Of a stretch of DNA of 64,000 bases, positions 1 to 8,711 are shown one piece after another (the first letter of the stretch is position 1; every line of letters begins with the position of its first letter). The notes below the pieces were generated by a model that had not been told where the DNA came from, searched no databases, and worked only from the letters and a program-made list of their open reading frames with translations. This DNA comes from an uncultured Planctomycetia bacterium (GTDB lineage: Bacteria; Omnitrophota; Gorgyraeia; 1-14-0-20-64-10). Both the position numbers and the translations under genes were made by a program. The stretch lies in the NCBI GenBank assembly GCA_964372395.1, contig CAYJQV010000003.1, positions 11,124 to 75,123 on the forward strand, given 5' to 3'.

Positions 1-1104
1 CTTCTCCGGCGCCGCAATCGTCGGATGGACCCTGGCATCGGCCCCTTCCAGCGTGGGATCCACCGCCGCTACGCGGCCGGCAATCTCCCCGATCCGCCCG
101 AGCTTCCCCTTGTCCACCATCTCGGCGGCTTCCATGAAGTTTTGAGGCCCGGCTTGCGGGCCGGTCCGGGAAAGTCCCGCCGAAGGCGGGGCGGGTATCT
201 CCCGCATCTCCGAGGCGGGGATCTCGCGCCCCGTTTCCAGATCCACCTGCACCGCCCCGCCCGGGATCTGCTCCAGGGACTGCTCCACGATCCGCATCGA
301 CTGCTCCATCTCCTGCATCCGGACGTAGTACCGGTCCAGGTTGTCCCCGTGGACCCCGAGCGGCACTTCGAAGTCGACCCGGTCGTAGATTGCGTAGGGA
401 CAGGCCTTCCGGACATCGTAGTTGATCCCGGTCGAGCGCAGGAAGGGGCCGGTGATCCCGTAGGAGACGGCCTCCTCCTGCGAGATCTTCCCCGTTCCCT
501 TCATCCGGTCGAAGAAGATCCGGTTGCGCGTGAGCAGCTTGTCCACCTCGACCAGCACCTGCCGGGTCTCCACGAAGGCCTTCCGTGCGGCCTCCGCGAA
601 GCCGGCCGGAAGATCCGCCTTCACCCCGCCCACGCGGCAGTAGGAGACGGTGAGCCGCGCCCCGGTGACCTGCTCCACAAGCTCCCAGAGGAACTCCCGC
701 GCCTTGATCATATAGAGGAAGACGGTGAAGGCCCCCAGCTCCATGGCGCTGGCGCCGATGCAGGTGAGGTGGTCCGTGACCCGGGAGATCTCCGACAGGA
801 TGACGCGGATGAAGTGGCAGCGTTCGGGCACCTCGATTCCCAGCAGCTTCTCCACCGCCATGCAGTAGCCCATGTTGTTGATGAGCGGCGAGACGTAGTT
901 GAGCCGGTCGGCGTACGGGATCACCCCGTTGTAGGGAACCACCTCCGACATCTTCTCGAAGCCCCGGTGCAGGTAGCCGATCTCCACATCGGCGTCGCGG
1001 ATCGTCTCGCCATCCAGCCGAACGACGATCCGGATGATCCCGTGCATCGCCGGATGGGATGGGCCGATGTTGAGGAGCAGGTCGCGCGTCTCCAGCTCGC
1101 CCAT
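1..1104 (-). CDS. nuoD: NADH-quinone oxidoreductase subunit D (49 kDa), reading frame runs off window; C-terminal ~90 aa non-canonical
   Basis: Minus-strand translation from ATG at 1104 gives MGELETRDLLLNIGPSHPAMHGIIR...RVGGVKADLP, typical NuoD, for about 300 aa. After ...ASEMRE (about nt 200) the sequence no longer matches the family, and the frame has no stop to nt 1. The ATG overlaps the nuoC stop (ATGA). Confidence 0.75.
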   Translation of the reverse strand, partial: MGELETRDLLLNIGPSHPAMHGIIRIVVRLDGETIRDADVEIGYLHRGFEKMSEVVPYNGVIPYADRLNYVSPLINNMGYCMAVEKLLGIEVPERCHFIRVILSEISRVTDHLTCIGASAMELGAFTVFLYMIKAREFLWELVEQVTGARLTVSYCRVGGVKADLPAGFAEAARKAFVETRQVLVEVDKLLTRNRIFFDRMKGTGKISQEEAVSYGITGPFLRSTGINYDVRKACPYAIYDRVDFEVPLGVHGDNLDRYYVRMQEMEQSMRIVEQSLEQIPGGAVQVDLETGREIPASEMREIPAPPSAGLSRTGPQAGPQNFMEAAEMVDKGKLGRIGEIAGRVAAVDPTLEGADARVHPTIAAPEK

Positions 1105-1685
1105 CAGTTCACCGGGCCGATGAGCGGCTGACGCTTGTTGACCGGGTAATCCTTGCGCAAGGGATGCCCCTCGAACGATTCGTACATGAGGATCCGCTTC
1201 AGGCCGGGGTGGCCCCGGAAGCGGATGCCGAACATGTCCCACGCCTCCCGCTCATACCAGTCCGCCGAGGCCCACAGCGGGGTGAGGGAATCCAGCTCCG
1301 GCTGAGACTCGGGGACCGGCACCTTCAGGCGGATCCTCTGCTTGAGCGGCAGGGAAAAGAAGTGGTAGACGACCTCAAAGCGCTCCGGGGCCGCCCGCCC
1401 CGGCCAGGGCGCTTCGTCGGGAACGTTCATCGGCTGCCGCAGCCCGATCCCGGCGGAGACGAAGGCACCCCGCGCTGGCGGCCGGTCGAACGTGAGAAAA
1501 TCCACCGCCGTCACGTCCATCAGGAAGTTCATCTGAAGGGAGGGGTCCTCCTTGAGGAGCCGGGCCACCTCCAGCAGCCTCTCGCGCCGGAGGGTCACGG
1601 TGTGATCCCCACGGTAGGCGTGAACCCCGAGGACCGCCTCGGGGAACCGGGAGCGGACGATCTCAGACGGTGAAGGGCCGCCCAT
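1104..1685 (-). CDS. nuoC: NADH-quinone oxidoreductase subunit C (30 kDa)
   Basis: The 193-aa ORF has NuoC-family sequence (e.g. ...MNFLMDVTAVDF...DWYEREAWDMFGIRFRGHP...). Its stop overlaps the nuoD start. Confidence 0.9.
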   Translation of the reverse strand: MGGPSPSEIVRSRFPEAVLGVHAYRGDHTVTLRRERLLEVARLLKEDPSLQMNFLMDVTAVDFLTFDRPPARGAFVSAGIGLRQPMNVPDEAPWPGRAAPERFEVVYHFFSLPLKQRIRLKVPVPESQPELDSLTPLWASADWYEREAWDMFGIRFRGHPGLKRILMYESFEGHPLRKDYPVNKRQPLIGPVN

Positions 1686-2169
1686 GGGGGGGAACCGCCT
1701 CGGGGGGAGGTTTGCCGGAGTGCTGCGCCTGGATCCTCGCCTGCAGTTTGATCAGGCCGTCGAGGACGTTCTCCGGGCGCGGCGGGCAGCCCGGGATGTA
1801 GACATCCACCGGCATGAGGGTGTCGATCCCCATCACGGTGGCGTAGTTGTCGTAGAATCCGCCGGTGCAGGTGCAGACCCCGAAGGCCACCACCCACTTC
1901 GGCTCCGTCATCTGGTCGTAGATCTTCTTCAGGACGGGTGCCAGCTTGTGGCTGATGGTCCCCACCACGAACAGAACGTCGGCCTGCCGCGGGGAGAAGC
2001 GGGGGAACCCTGCGCCGAAGCGATCCACGTCGTAATGCGAGCACGCGGTGGCCATGTACTCCATCCCGCAGCACGCGGTGACAAACGGATACTGGAACAG
2101 GGAGAATTTCCTCGCCCATCCGATCGCGTCGCTGAGCTTCGAGGTCAGGAAATTCTCCGATCCAAACAT
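1663..2169 (-). CDS. nuoB: NADH-quinone oxidoreductase subunit B (20 kDa, Fe-S)
   Basis: The 168-aa ORF has NuoB motifs: CCGMEYMA, GFPRFSPRQADVLFVVGT, GVCTCTGG, IPGCPPRPE. Confidence 0.9.
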   Translation of the reverse strand: MFGSENFLTSKLSDAIGWARKFSLFQYPFVTACCGMEYMATACSHYDVDRFGAGFPRFSPRQADVLFVVGTISHKLAPVLKKIYDQMTEPKWVVAFGVCTCTGGFYDNYATVMGIDTLMPVDVYIPGCPPRPENVLDGLIKLQARIQAQHSGKPPPEAVPPHGRPFTV

Positions 2170-2667
2170 TCTTATTCCCTAGCCCTGCTCGCGCTTGCAC
2201 CGTACCACAAGACAGCACCTCCGGTCCGAATCGCCTGCCCCGATTCGCCGGCCTGTGGGGCAGGGGCAGGTTCACAGGACGGCTCGGCCGCCCCCCCGTG
2301 GCGGCAGGCCTCTCTCTCGGCCTCGCTCGTCCCAAAAGTGTAGGCGTGCGGGGACACCGTGGCCGCTCGGCCTGCGAGAAGCCTGTTCACCTGCCCCTGC
2401 CCTCGGCCGGCTTCCTTCGGAAGAGGGGGGGCACATCGCCTTCTACCAAGAAACCAGGAAGGCTGGGGGGAGATGGGAAATCTCCCCCCGGCCTTCCATC
2501 GAAGCGCCGAAGGCGCTGAGCGCTGGGAAAGGGGAACCCCAGGGGGAAAACCAGCGGCAGCGCGTTTTCCCCCTGGAAAGCGGGGAGACGACCGGCCGGT
2601 CCAGGCACGGCCGCAACGCCAAAAGGCAGACGTCCTCCGTCGGTGAGCGCTCGCGGAGTCTCCCCGC
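2170..2667. other. 0.5-kb non-coding, hairpin-rich spacer between nuoA and nuoB
   Basis: No credible ORF lies here; the track ORFs are low-complexity GC-frame artefacts. Several strong inverted repeats are present, e.g. AAGGCTGGGGGGAGAT-gggaa-ATCTCCCCCCGGCCTT (about 2453-2489), GGGGGAAAAC-n12-GTTTTCCCCC (about 2536-2570), AGCGCC-gaa-GGCGCT and GTGAGCG-n16-CGCTCAC. Confidence 0.5.
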
Positions 2668-3021
2668 TCACTCCCACTCCAGCGCCCCCTTCTTCCAGGC
2701 GTAGATAAACCCCAAGAGGACAACCCCCAGGAAAACGAGCATCTCAAAGAAGCCCGCCCACCCCAACCGCCGGTACACCACGGCCCAGGGGAAGAGAAAG
2801 ACCAGCTCGACGTCGAACAGGATGAAGAGCATTCCGACCAGGTAGAACTTGACGGCGAATCGCCCGCTGGGGAGGTGGAACGGCTGCTCCCCGCACTCAA
2901 ACGGCTCCGACTTGGCCGCCGAGGGCCGCTTCGGCCCCAGGACGCTCGCCAGGAACAGGAAGGCCCCTCCGATCAGAGCGGCAAGCAGGAAGGTGACGGC
3001 AACGCCGAGGTACTCTGTCAT
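2668..3021 (-). CDS. nuoA: NADH-quinone oxidoreductase subunit A
   Basis: 117 aa with three TM segments and the NuoA motif ...EPFECGEQPF...FYLVGMLFILFDVE.... Confidence 0.9.
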   Translation of the reverse strand: MTEYLGVAVTFLLAALIGGAFLFLASVLGPKRPSAAKSEPFECGEQPFHLPSGRFAVKFYLVGMLFILFDVELVFLFPWAVVYRRLGWAGFFEMLVFLGVVLLGFIYAWKKGALEWE

Positions 3022-3056
3022 TGGAAATTCACATTATATAATAGACGGGTGAAGCC
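3022..3056. promoter_or_regulatory. AT-rich divergent promoter region for nuoA (-) and thyA (+) with TATAAT-like hexamers close to both start codons
   Basis: ttcacattatataatagacggg is the only AT-rich stretch locally. TATAAT at about 3037-3042 lies 15 nt before the thyA ATG. The palindromic TATATAAT also reads as a -10 for nuoA about 12 nt from its ATG. No clear -35 is present. Confidence 0.35.
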
Positions 3057-3851
3057 ATGAAACCGTACCTCGACCTTGTGCAGATGATCCTCGACCAGGG
3101 AGTGAAGAAATCGGACCGGACCGGGACCGGGACCCTCAGCCTCTTCGGGCATCAGATGCGTTTCAACCTGGCCGAGGGCTTTCCCCTGGTGACCACCAAG
3201 AAGGTTCACCTCAAGTCGGTGATCTACGAGCTGCTCTGGTTCCTTCGGGGGGATACCAACGTCCGCTACCTCCAGGAGCACGGGGTGACGATCTGGAACG
3301 AGTGGGCCGATGAGCAGGGCGAGCTGGGACCGGTCTACGGGGCCCAGTGGCGAAGCTGGCCGGCCCCGGATGGGCAGACGATCGATCAGATCAGCCGCGC
3401 CGTGGAGGAGATCCGCGCCCAGCCCGATTCCCGGCGACTCATCGTCTCCGCCTGGAATCCGGCGGAGCTGGATCGGATGAAGCTGCCGCCGTGCCACTGC
3501 CTCTTCCAGTTCTACGTGGCGGACGGCCGGCTCTCCTGCCAGCTCTACCAGCGCAGCGCCGACCTCTTCCTGGGTGTGCCCTTCAACATCGCCTCGTACG
3601 CCCTGCTCACCCTCATGTTCGCGCAGGTCTGCGCGCTCCAGCCCGGCGAATTCATCCATACCTTCGGGGACGTCCACCTCTACCTGACCCATCTGGAGCA
3701 GGCCCGGCTGCAGCTCGCCCGGACCCCTTATCCTCTGCCGCGGATGCGCCTCAACCCCCAGGTCCGCTCCCTCTTCGCCTTCACGTACGAAGATTTCACC
3801 CTGGAGGATTACCGGCACCACCCGGCCATCCCGGCCCCGGTGGCGGTGTGA
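3057..3851 (+). CDS. thyA: thymidylate synthase
   Basis: 264 aa with ThyA signatures (RTGTGTLS..., ...[12 protein letters not shown]..., [17 protein letters not shown]). Confidence 0.95.
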   Translation: MKPYLDLVQMILDQGVKKSDRTGTGTLSLFGHQMRFNLAEGFPLVTTKKVHLKSVIYELLWFLRGDTNVRYLQEHGVTIWNEWADEQGELGPVYGAQWRSWPAPDGQTIDQISRAVEEIRAQPDSRRLIVSAWNPAELDRMKLPPCHCLFQFYVADGRLSCQLYQRSADLFLGVPFNIASYALLTLMFAQVCALQPGEFIHTFGDVHLYLTHLEQARLQLARTPYPLPRMRLNPQVRSLFAFTYEDFTLEDYRHHPAIPAPVAV

Positions 3852-4384
3852 AGCTTTCCGTCATCGCGGCCGTCGCCCGAAACGGGGTGATCGGCAAAGG
3901 GGGCCGCCTGCCCTGGCATCTGCCGGCCGACCTGAAGCGCTTCAAGACACTGACCCTCGGCCACCCCGTCATCATGGGCCGCAGGACCTTCGAGTCGATC
4001 GGGAAACCGCTCCCCGGCCGCACCAACATCGTCGTCACGCACGAGAGAGACCTGAAGATCTGCGGCTGCCTGGTGGCCCCATCCTTCGAGAAGGCCCTGG
4101 AACTCTGCAATCAAGCTGAGGAGGCGTTCGTTCTGGGAGGTGCGAGCCTCTATGAACAGGCCTTGCCCCGGGCCGATCGGCTCTACCTGACCCGAATCCA
4201 TGCCGATTTCGAGGGGGACGCCCGGATGCCCCCTCTGGACTTAAGTCGCTGGAAGGAGATTTCCCGCGAGGACTTCTTGAGCGAGCCTCTGCCCTACAGC
4301 TTCATCACCTACGGGGGACGCTCCACTTTGGGACACACTGGTTGTGGAGGAGTGTCCCAAAGTGGAGCGTCCCCACATCGATGA
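3848..4384 (+). CDS. folA: dihydrofolate reductase; last ~22 codons encoded by palindromic repeat element
   Basis: A GTG start overlaps the thyA stop (GTGA). [52 protein letters not shown] is DHFR-family sequence. The tail [22 protein letters not shown] lies inside repeat element A. Confidence 0.85.
   Translation: MKLSVIAAVARNGVIGKGGRLPWHLPADLKRFKTLTLGHPVIMGRRTFESIGKPLPGRTNIVVTHERDLKICGCLVAPSFEKALELCNQAEEAFVLGGASLYEQALPRADRLYLTRIHADFEGDARMPPLDLSRWKEISREDFLSEPLPYSFITYGGRSTLGHTGCGGVSQSGASPHR
4314..4374. repeat. 61-bp palindromic repeat element, family A, copy 1 (23-bp perfect arms, 15-nt loop)
   Basis: GGGGACGCTCCACTTTGGGACAC-ACTGGTTGTGGAGGA-GTGTCCCAAAGTGGAGCGTCCCC. A near-identical copy is at about 41956-42014. 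Confidence 0.8.
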
Positions 4385-5811
4385 CGCTGTTTGAGAAGAT
4401 CTGGGAGCGGCACGTCGTGGCGGAGCTGCCCGACGGGAACGCCCTGCTGTACGTCGACCGGCATCTGGTCCACGAGGTGACCAGCCCGCAGGCGTTCGAG
4501 GGGCTGCGCCTCACCCGCCGGAAGGTCCGCCGGCCGGACCTCACCTTCGCCACGATGGATCACAACGTCCCCACCGATGATCGGATGAATATCCGGGACC
4601 CCATCTCCCGAGCGCAGGTGGAGGCCCTGGCCAGGAACTGCCGGGAGTTCGGGATCCCTCTGTACGACTTGAGCTCCGACAAGCAGGGGATCGTCCACAT
4701 CATCGGGCCGGAGCTGGGGCTCACCCTGCCGGGAACCACCGTGGTCTGCGGAGATTCGCACACCTCCACCCACGGGGCCTTCGGGACGCTCGCCTTCGGG
4801 ATCGGGACCTCCGAGGTGGAGCATGTCCTGGCGACCCAGTGCCTCACCCAGAAGAAGCCGAAGACGCTGCGGGTGGAGTTCGCCGGCACCCTGCCCCCGC
4901 ACGTGAGCTCCAAGGACATGATCCTCAAGCTCATCGGAACGATCGGAACCGCGGGCGGGACCGGCACCGTTTTCGAGTACACGGGCGAGGCGGTCCGGCG
5001 CCTCTCCATGGAGGCCCGGATGACGATCTGCAACATGTCGATCGAGGCCGGCGCCCGGGCCGGGATGATCGGGCCGGACGAGACCACCTTCAACTACATC
5101 AGCTCAGGGAACCGGCCCTTCGCGCCAAAAGGGAGGGCGCTGGAGCAGGCCATCTCCTTCTGGAAGAGTCTGCCGAGCGATCCGGACGCCGCCTTCGACC
5201 GCTCGGTCAGCATCAATTGCTCCGCCCTCGCCCCGCAGGTCACCTGGGGCACGAATCCCGGCATGGTCACCGACGTGACCGGCCGGGTCCCCTCGCCCGA
5301 TGGCGTGCCCGGATACACCGCAAGGGACGTGGAGCAGGCGCTGGCGTACATGGGGCTTGTCCCGGGCACCCCGATCACCAGGATCCGGGTGGACGCGGTC
5401 TTCATCGGAAGCTGCACCAACGCCCGGATCGAGGATCTGCGGACGGCGGCCAAGATCCTGAGCGGCCGCAAGGTCGCGCCGGGCGTGCGCGTGCTGGTCG
5501 TTCCCGGCTCCCAGCAGGTCCGCGCCCAGGCGGAAGCGGAAGGGCTGGATGAGATCTTCAAGGCGGCCGGATGCGACTGGCGTCAATCCGGCTGCAGCAT
5601 GTGCCTCGGGATGAATCCGGATCAGCTCAGGCCGGGCGAGCGGTGCGCTTCCACGTCCAACCGGAACTTCGAGGGCCGGCAGGGGAAGGGCGGCCGAACC
5701 CATCTGGTCAGCCCGGAGATGGCCGCGGCCGCCGCCCTCGCGGGTCATTTTGTCGACATCCAGAGCTGGCTGGGGTCAGACCCTCTGGGGTCTGACCCCA
5801 GTAGGGTTTGA
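4381..5811 (+). CDS. leuC: 3-isopropylmalate dehydratase large subunit
   Basis: [20 protein letters not shown]... with the aconitase-family Cys ligands. I place the start at the ATG overlapping the folA stop, whereas the ORF-track start at 4342 lies inside the repeat. The C-terminal [12 protein letters not shown] is encoded by the 15-mer repeat. Confidence 0.9.
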   Translation: MTLFEKIWERHVVAELPDGNALLYVDRHLVHEVTSPQAFEGLRLTRRKVRRPDLTFATMDHNVPTDDRMNIRDPISRAQVEALARNCREFGIPLYDLSSDKQGIVHIIGPELGLTLPGTTVVCGDSHTSTHGAFGTLAFGIGTSEVEHVLATQCLTQKKPKTLRVEFAGTLPPHVSSKDMILKLIGTIGTAGGTGTVFEYTGEAVRRLSMEARMTICNMSIEAGARAGMIGPDETTFNYISSGNRPFAPKGRALEQAISFWKSLPSDPDAAFDRSVSINCSALAPQVTWGTNPGMVTDVTGRVPSPDGVPGYTARDVEQALAYMGLVPGTPITRIRVDAVFIGSCTNARIEDLRTAAKILSGRKVAPGVRVLVVPGSQQVRAQAEAEGLDEIFKAAGCDWRQSGCSMCLGMNPDQLRPGERCASTSNRNFEGRQGKGGRTHLVSPEMAAAAALAGHFVDIQSWLGSDPLGSDPSRV

Positions 5812-5812
5812 A
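5772..5812. repeat. 15-bp dyad repeat family B, locus 1 (GGGGTCAGACCCTCT + inverted GGGGTCTGACCCC + tail AGTAGGGTTTGAA)
   Basis: A direct copy and an inverted copy of the GGGGTC-n-GACCCC dyad sit at the 3' end of leuC. The same unit recurs at about 10307-10349 and 50843-50900. Confidence 0.8.
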
Positions 5813-6429
5813 TGGATGCCTTTAAGTCGCATCGGGGGCTGATCGCGACGCTGGACCGGGCCAACGTGGACACCGATCAGATCATCCCGAAGCAGTTCCT
5901 GAAATCAATCGCCCGCACCGGCTTCGGGGAATCCCTCTTCTACGACTGGCGGTACCTGGCGGACGGGAAGCCCAATCCGGCCTTTGAGCTCAACCAGTCC
6001 CGCTTCCGGAAGGCCACGATCCTCGCCGCCCGCAGGAATTTCGGCTGCGGCTCCTCGCGCGAGCACGCGGTCTGGGCGATCCAGCAGTACGGCTTCCACG
6101 CGGTCGTCGCACCCTCCTTCGCCGACATCTTCAGGAACAACTCGGCGAAGAACGGGCTGCTCGCAGTGGAGCTGCAGGAGGCGGAGGTCGAGGAGATCTT
6201 TCAGATGGTGGGACGCTACGAGGGACTGGAGGCCACGGTGGATCTGGACCACCAGCGGGTGACCCTGCACCTGCCGGAGGAGGTCTCCTTCCGCTTCCAG
6301 ATCGATCCGGCGGTGAAGGAACATCTCATCCACGGGTTGGATGAGATCGGCTTGACGCTCAAGCGCGAAGGGGAGATCGCCGCCTTCGAGGCGCGGCACG
6401 ACCCGCAGCGGTTTACAGGAACCGGCTGA
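5812..6429 (+). CDS. leuD: 3-isopropylmalate dehydratase small subunit
   Basis: 205 aa LeuD-family protein (MDAFKSHRGLIATLDRANVDTDQIIPKQFLK...). Its start abuts the leuC stop. Confidence 0.9.
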   Translation: MDAFKSHRGLIATLDRANVDTDQIIPKQFLKSIARTGFGESLFYDWRYLADGKPNPAFELNQSRFRKATILAARRNFGCGSSREHAVWAIQQYGFHAVVAPSFADIFRNNSAKNGLLAVELQEAEVEEIFQMVGRYEGLEATVDLDHQRVTLHLPEEVSFRFQIDPAVKEHLIHGLDEIGLTLKREGEIAAFEARHDPQRFTGTG

Positions 6430-8605
6430 AGTAACGTTCCCCGGCGAGCAGGGCGCCGGTCACGTCCCCGGTCAGCGTCACACCGTATTCCCTCAGCTTC
6501 TCGGTCAGCTGCTCCAGCCAGTCCGGCCGGGTCGGATCTACCCAGTGGATCTCGTGGCCTGAGGCCAGAGGCCCGGCAATCGTCGTCCGGTCCTGCTCCA
6601 TGTCTGATACGACGTGAATCTGGGCGTGATCCGCAGCCACATGCGCTCCAGCCAGCAGCAGACGAACCTCTCGCGCCTCATCCTCCGTACGCACGAAGAC
6701 CAGGAGCCGCTGACCGCCCCGGGCCGGCAGGAGCATCCCGTAAAAAGTGCTGGGGTCATAGAAGGCCACGAGCAGCGGCCGGCGCGCCTCAACCGCCGCG
6801 GGCTGGCCTGTGACCGCCGCCACTTGATCCCAAGCACGGAGGGTTTCCTCGAGAAACTGGTGTGGGAACCACCGCCGGCGCAGGGCTTCGGAGAAACTCA
6901 TCTGCCTGTGAATGCGCCAGTAGGTGCTGAAGACTGTCTCCAAGCGAAACCGGATCGCCAACTCAAAATCCTCAAAGTCCTCCGGAAGTCCCGCCTCCGG
7001 AGGCTGCCCGGCCAGAATCCCATCCAGCGCGTCCAGCACCGACAGGTCGACCGGTCCCAGTGCTCCGGGGATCTCCGCTGTCAGAATCTCCCTCCCTCCC
7101 CGCAGCGCCCACCCGGCCCGCTCCCAATCATTGAATTCCCGCCTGGGATTGCCGGCGACTTCCTCCAGGACAGCCAGCATCTTCACCAGCGCCTCCCTGG
7201 CCCTCCCTCGCTCCTGAAGCAAACGATCCACCTCGTCCAGCGCTCCTTCGGCCGAAGATCGGGCCCTGCCCTGGGCTGAGCGCTCCACATACGTTCCGTG
7301 GCGGCTGCGCAGATCCTGGACCACAATGACCGGGACCGGCCGACCGCCCGCGGACCAGTTCTCTCGCCGAACCAGCGCGTGCGTCACCTCAACATCGCCT
7401 GCAGTCCACAGACCCACCACCGGGACGCCCCTTCTGCGGGCGGGGTGGTACGAGCCATCCCGCCCCACGTAAAACTCGTGATGGCCTCCAGCCACCATCT
7501 GACGCGTCCCATCCGGATTGATGACCTCCCAACGGGACCTGGAGGGATCCCCGGAAGGATCCTCCACCAGCTCAACCTTGATCTCCGCATCCGCCAGCCG
7601 CAGCCGGAAGCCGTCCGTTCTCAGGTCCCGGAAGAGAACGACGCTGCCGCCCCGGGGCACCTTCTGGTAGTAACGCTCGCCCATCCTCTGCAGTCCCACC
7701 GTGGCAAACGGCGCACCCTCCTGTGTGCGCAGCTCCAGGGCCTTCGAGACAACGCCCTCGAACTGTCGCGTCCAGAAATCGTGCTCCTCCACGATCTCAT
7801 GCCGCGCTGTCTCCGCCTCCGGCGGCAGGCCCATGACCCGTGGGTCGTGGTGCGGGATCTGGTCGGAAAAAAGCATACTCGCGTTGTACCGAAGATAGGG
7901 CGGATCCAGCCAGCCGCGCAGCTCCTGCAGGTCGTGCAGGAAGTTCAGAAGCGCTGCTACCTCTTCCCGACTCAGGCTGGCCGCGAACCGCTTCGGCCCC
8001 AACAGCACCTGGTAGCCATCTGACCGGATGGCCCAGATCATGCGGGGGATTTGCCGGTAATCCTCATAGACGAAGCTGCTGATCGCCGCCGCCTCCAGGG
8101 CGGTCAGCGGGGGCAGCCAGCGGCCCATCCCGATCGGCTGCAGCGACTGCCGCCTGCCCAGGGTCTCCCATTCATTCTCCCCATCGTACCGGAACCAGAC
8201 CTCCTCCATCCCGGCGGAGGCTGCCCCCAGCCCATCAATCGCGCGCCGAGGGCGCTTCATCGCTCCACGACGCGCGTTCTCCTCCGCCACCAGCGTACGG
8301 TAGTCGTGAGCGTAAAGGGTCCGTATGCTCACATCCGCCAGGGTGGCAAGCTCCCCTGCCGTCAGCCGGCCCCCAGGATGACGACGAAGCACGGACTTGA
8401 TCCGCTCATGCACACGCTGCCACCGGGGATCCTTTGACTCCGAGGACTGCTCCAGGCCAGCCGATGGGGAGAGCTTGCGCTCGAGCTCCTCCAGCCCGGT
8501 CCCCTCGACGCTGGGTTGGCGCAGCGCGAGAGCGGGGCTGGGAAGCCCTAAGGCAAAGGCCAGAAAAAGGGTCAGGTTTGTGTGGAACAAAAATCGCCGG
8601 CGCAT
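6413..8605 (-). CDS. large secreted hypothetical protein (signal peptide; no family recognised)
   Basis: A 730-aa ORF with an N-terminal signal-like MRRRFLFHTNLTLFLAFALGLPSPALA. Amino-acid composition is coding-like. I could not assign a domain by eye. Confidence 0.6.
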   Translation of the reverse strand: MRRRFLFHTNLTLFLAFALGLPSPALALRQPSVEGTGLEELERKLSPSAGLEQSSESKDPRWQRVHERIKSVLRRHPGGRLTAGELATLADVSIRTLYAHDYRTLVAEENARRGAMKRPRRAIDGLGAASAGMEEVWFRYDGENEWETLGRRQSLQPIGMGRWLPPLTALEAAAISSFVYEDYRQIPRMIWAIRSDGYQVLLGPKRFAASLSREEVAALLNFLHDLQELRGWLDPPYLRYNASMLFSDQIPHHDPRVMGLPPEAETARHEIVEEHDFWTRQFEGVVSKALELRTQEGAPFATVGLQRMGERYYQKVPRGGSVVLFRDLRTDGFRLRLADAEIKVELVEDPSGDPSRSRWEVINPDGTRQMVAGGHHEFYVGRDGSYHPARRRGVPVVGLWTAGDVEVTHALVRRENWSAGGRPVPVIVVQDLRSRHGTYVERSAQGRARSSAEGALDEVDRLLQERGRAREALVKMLAVLEEVAGNPRREFNDWERAGWALRGGREILTAEIPGALGPVDLSVLDALDGILAGQPPEAGLPEDFEDFELAIRFRLETVFSTYWRIHRQMSFSEALRRRWFPHQFLEETLRAWDQVAAVTGQPAAVEARRPLLVAFYDPSTFYGMLLPARGGQRLLVFVRTEDEAREVRLLLAGAHVAADHAQIHVVSDMEQDRTTIAGPLASGHEIHWVDPTRPDWLEQLTEKLREYGVTLTGDVTGALLAGERYFSRFL

Positions 8606-8711
8606 GGGTTCTGCAGAAACTATACCTGGTGCGCGCCTGCGATTTCAAGGTCTTATATCACTATGTATCACTACTTACGATGGGAGAACGGCTGCCCAGC
8701 GCTGGCGCGGG

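Noticed and set aside
25-1131. 368-aa plus-strand ORF covering the start of the window
   Set aside because: It is antisense to nuoD and has an Arg/Pro/His/Gly-rich composition typical of a high-GC reverse-frame artefact. It has no family resemblance.
2172-2900. Several overlapping ORFs (2172-2900 minus, 2195-2704 plus, 2298-2519, 2359-2646, 2387-2677) in the nuoA-nuoB spacer
   Set aside because: They overlap each other on both strands, have low-complexity Gly/Arg/Pro/Ser composition and coincide with the strong hairpins. I treat the region as non-coding.
3347-4384. 345-aa ORF-track version of folA starting at 3347
   Set aside because: Its first 167 codons overlap thyA in another frame and are Pro/Ala/Arg-rich. 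DHFR homology begins at the GTG at 3848, which overlaps the thyA stop.
4309-5748. Antisense and out-of-frame ORFs across leuC (4309-4902 minus, 4839-5552 plus, 5104-5748 minus and others)
   Set aside because: leuC at 4381-5811 has unambiguous family identity. The others are GC-frame shadows.
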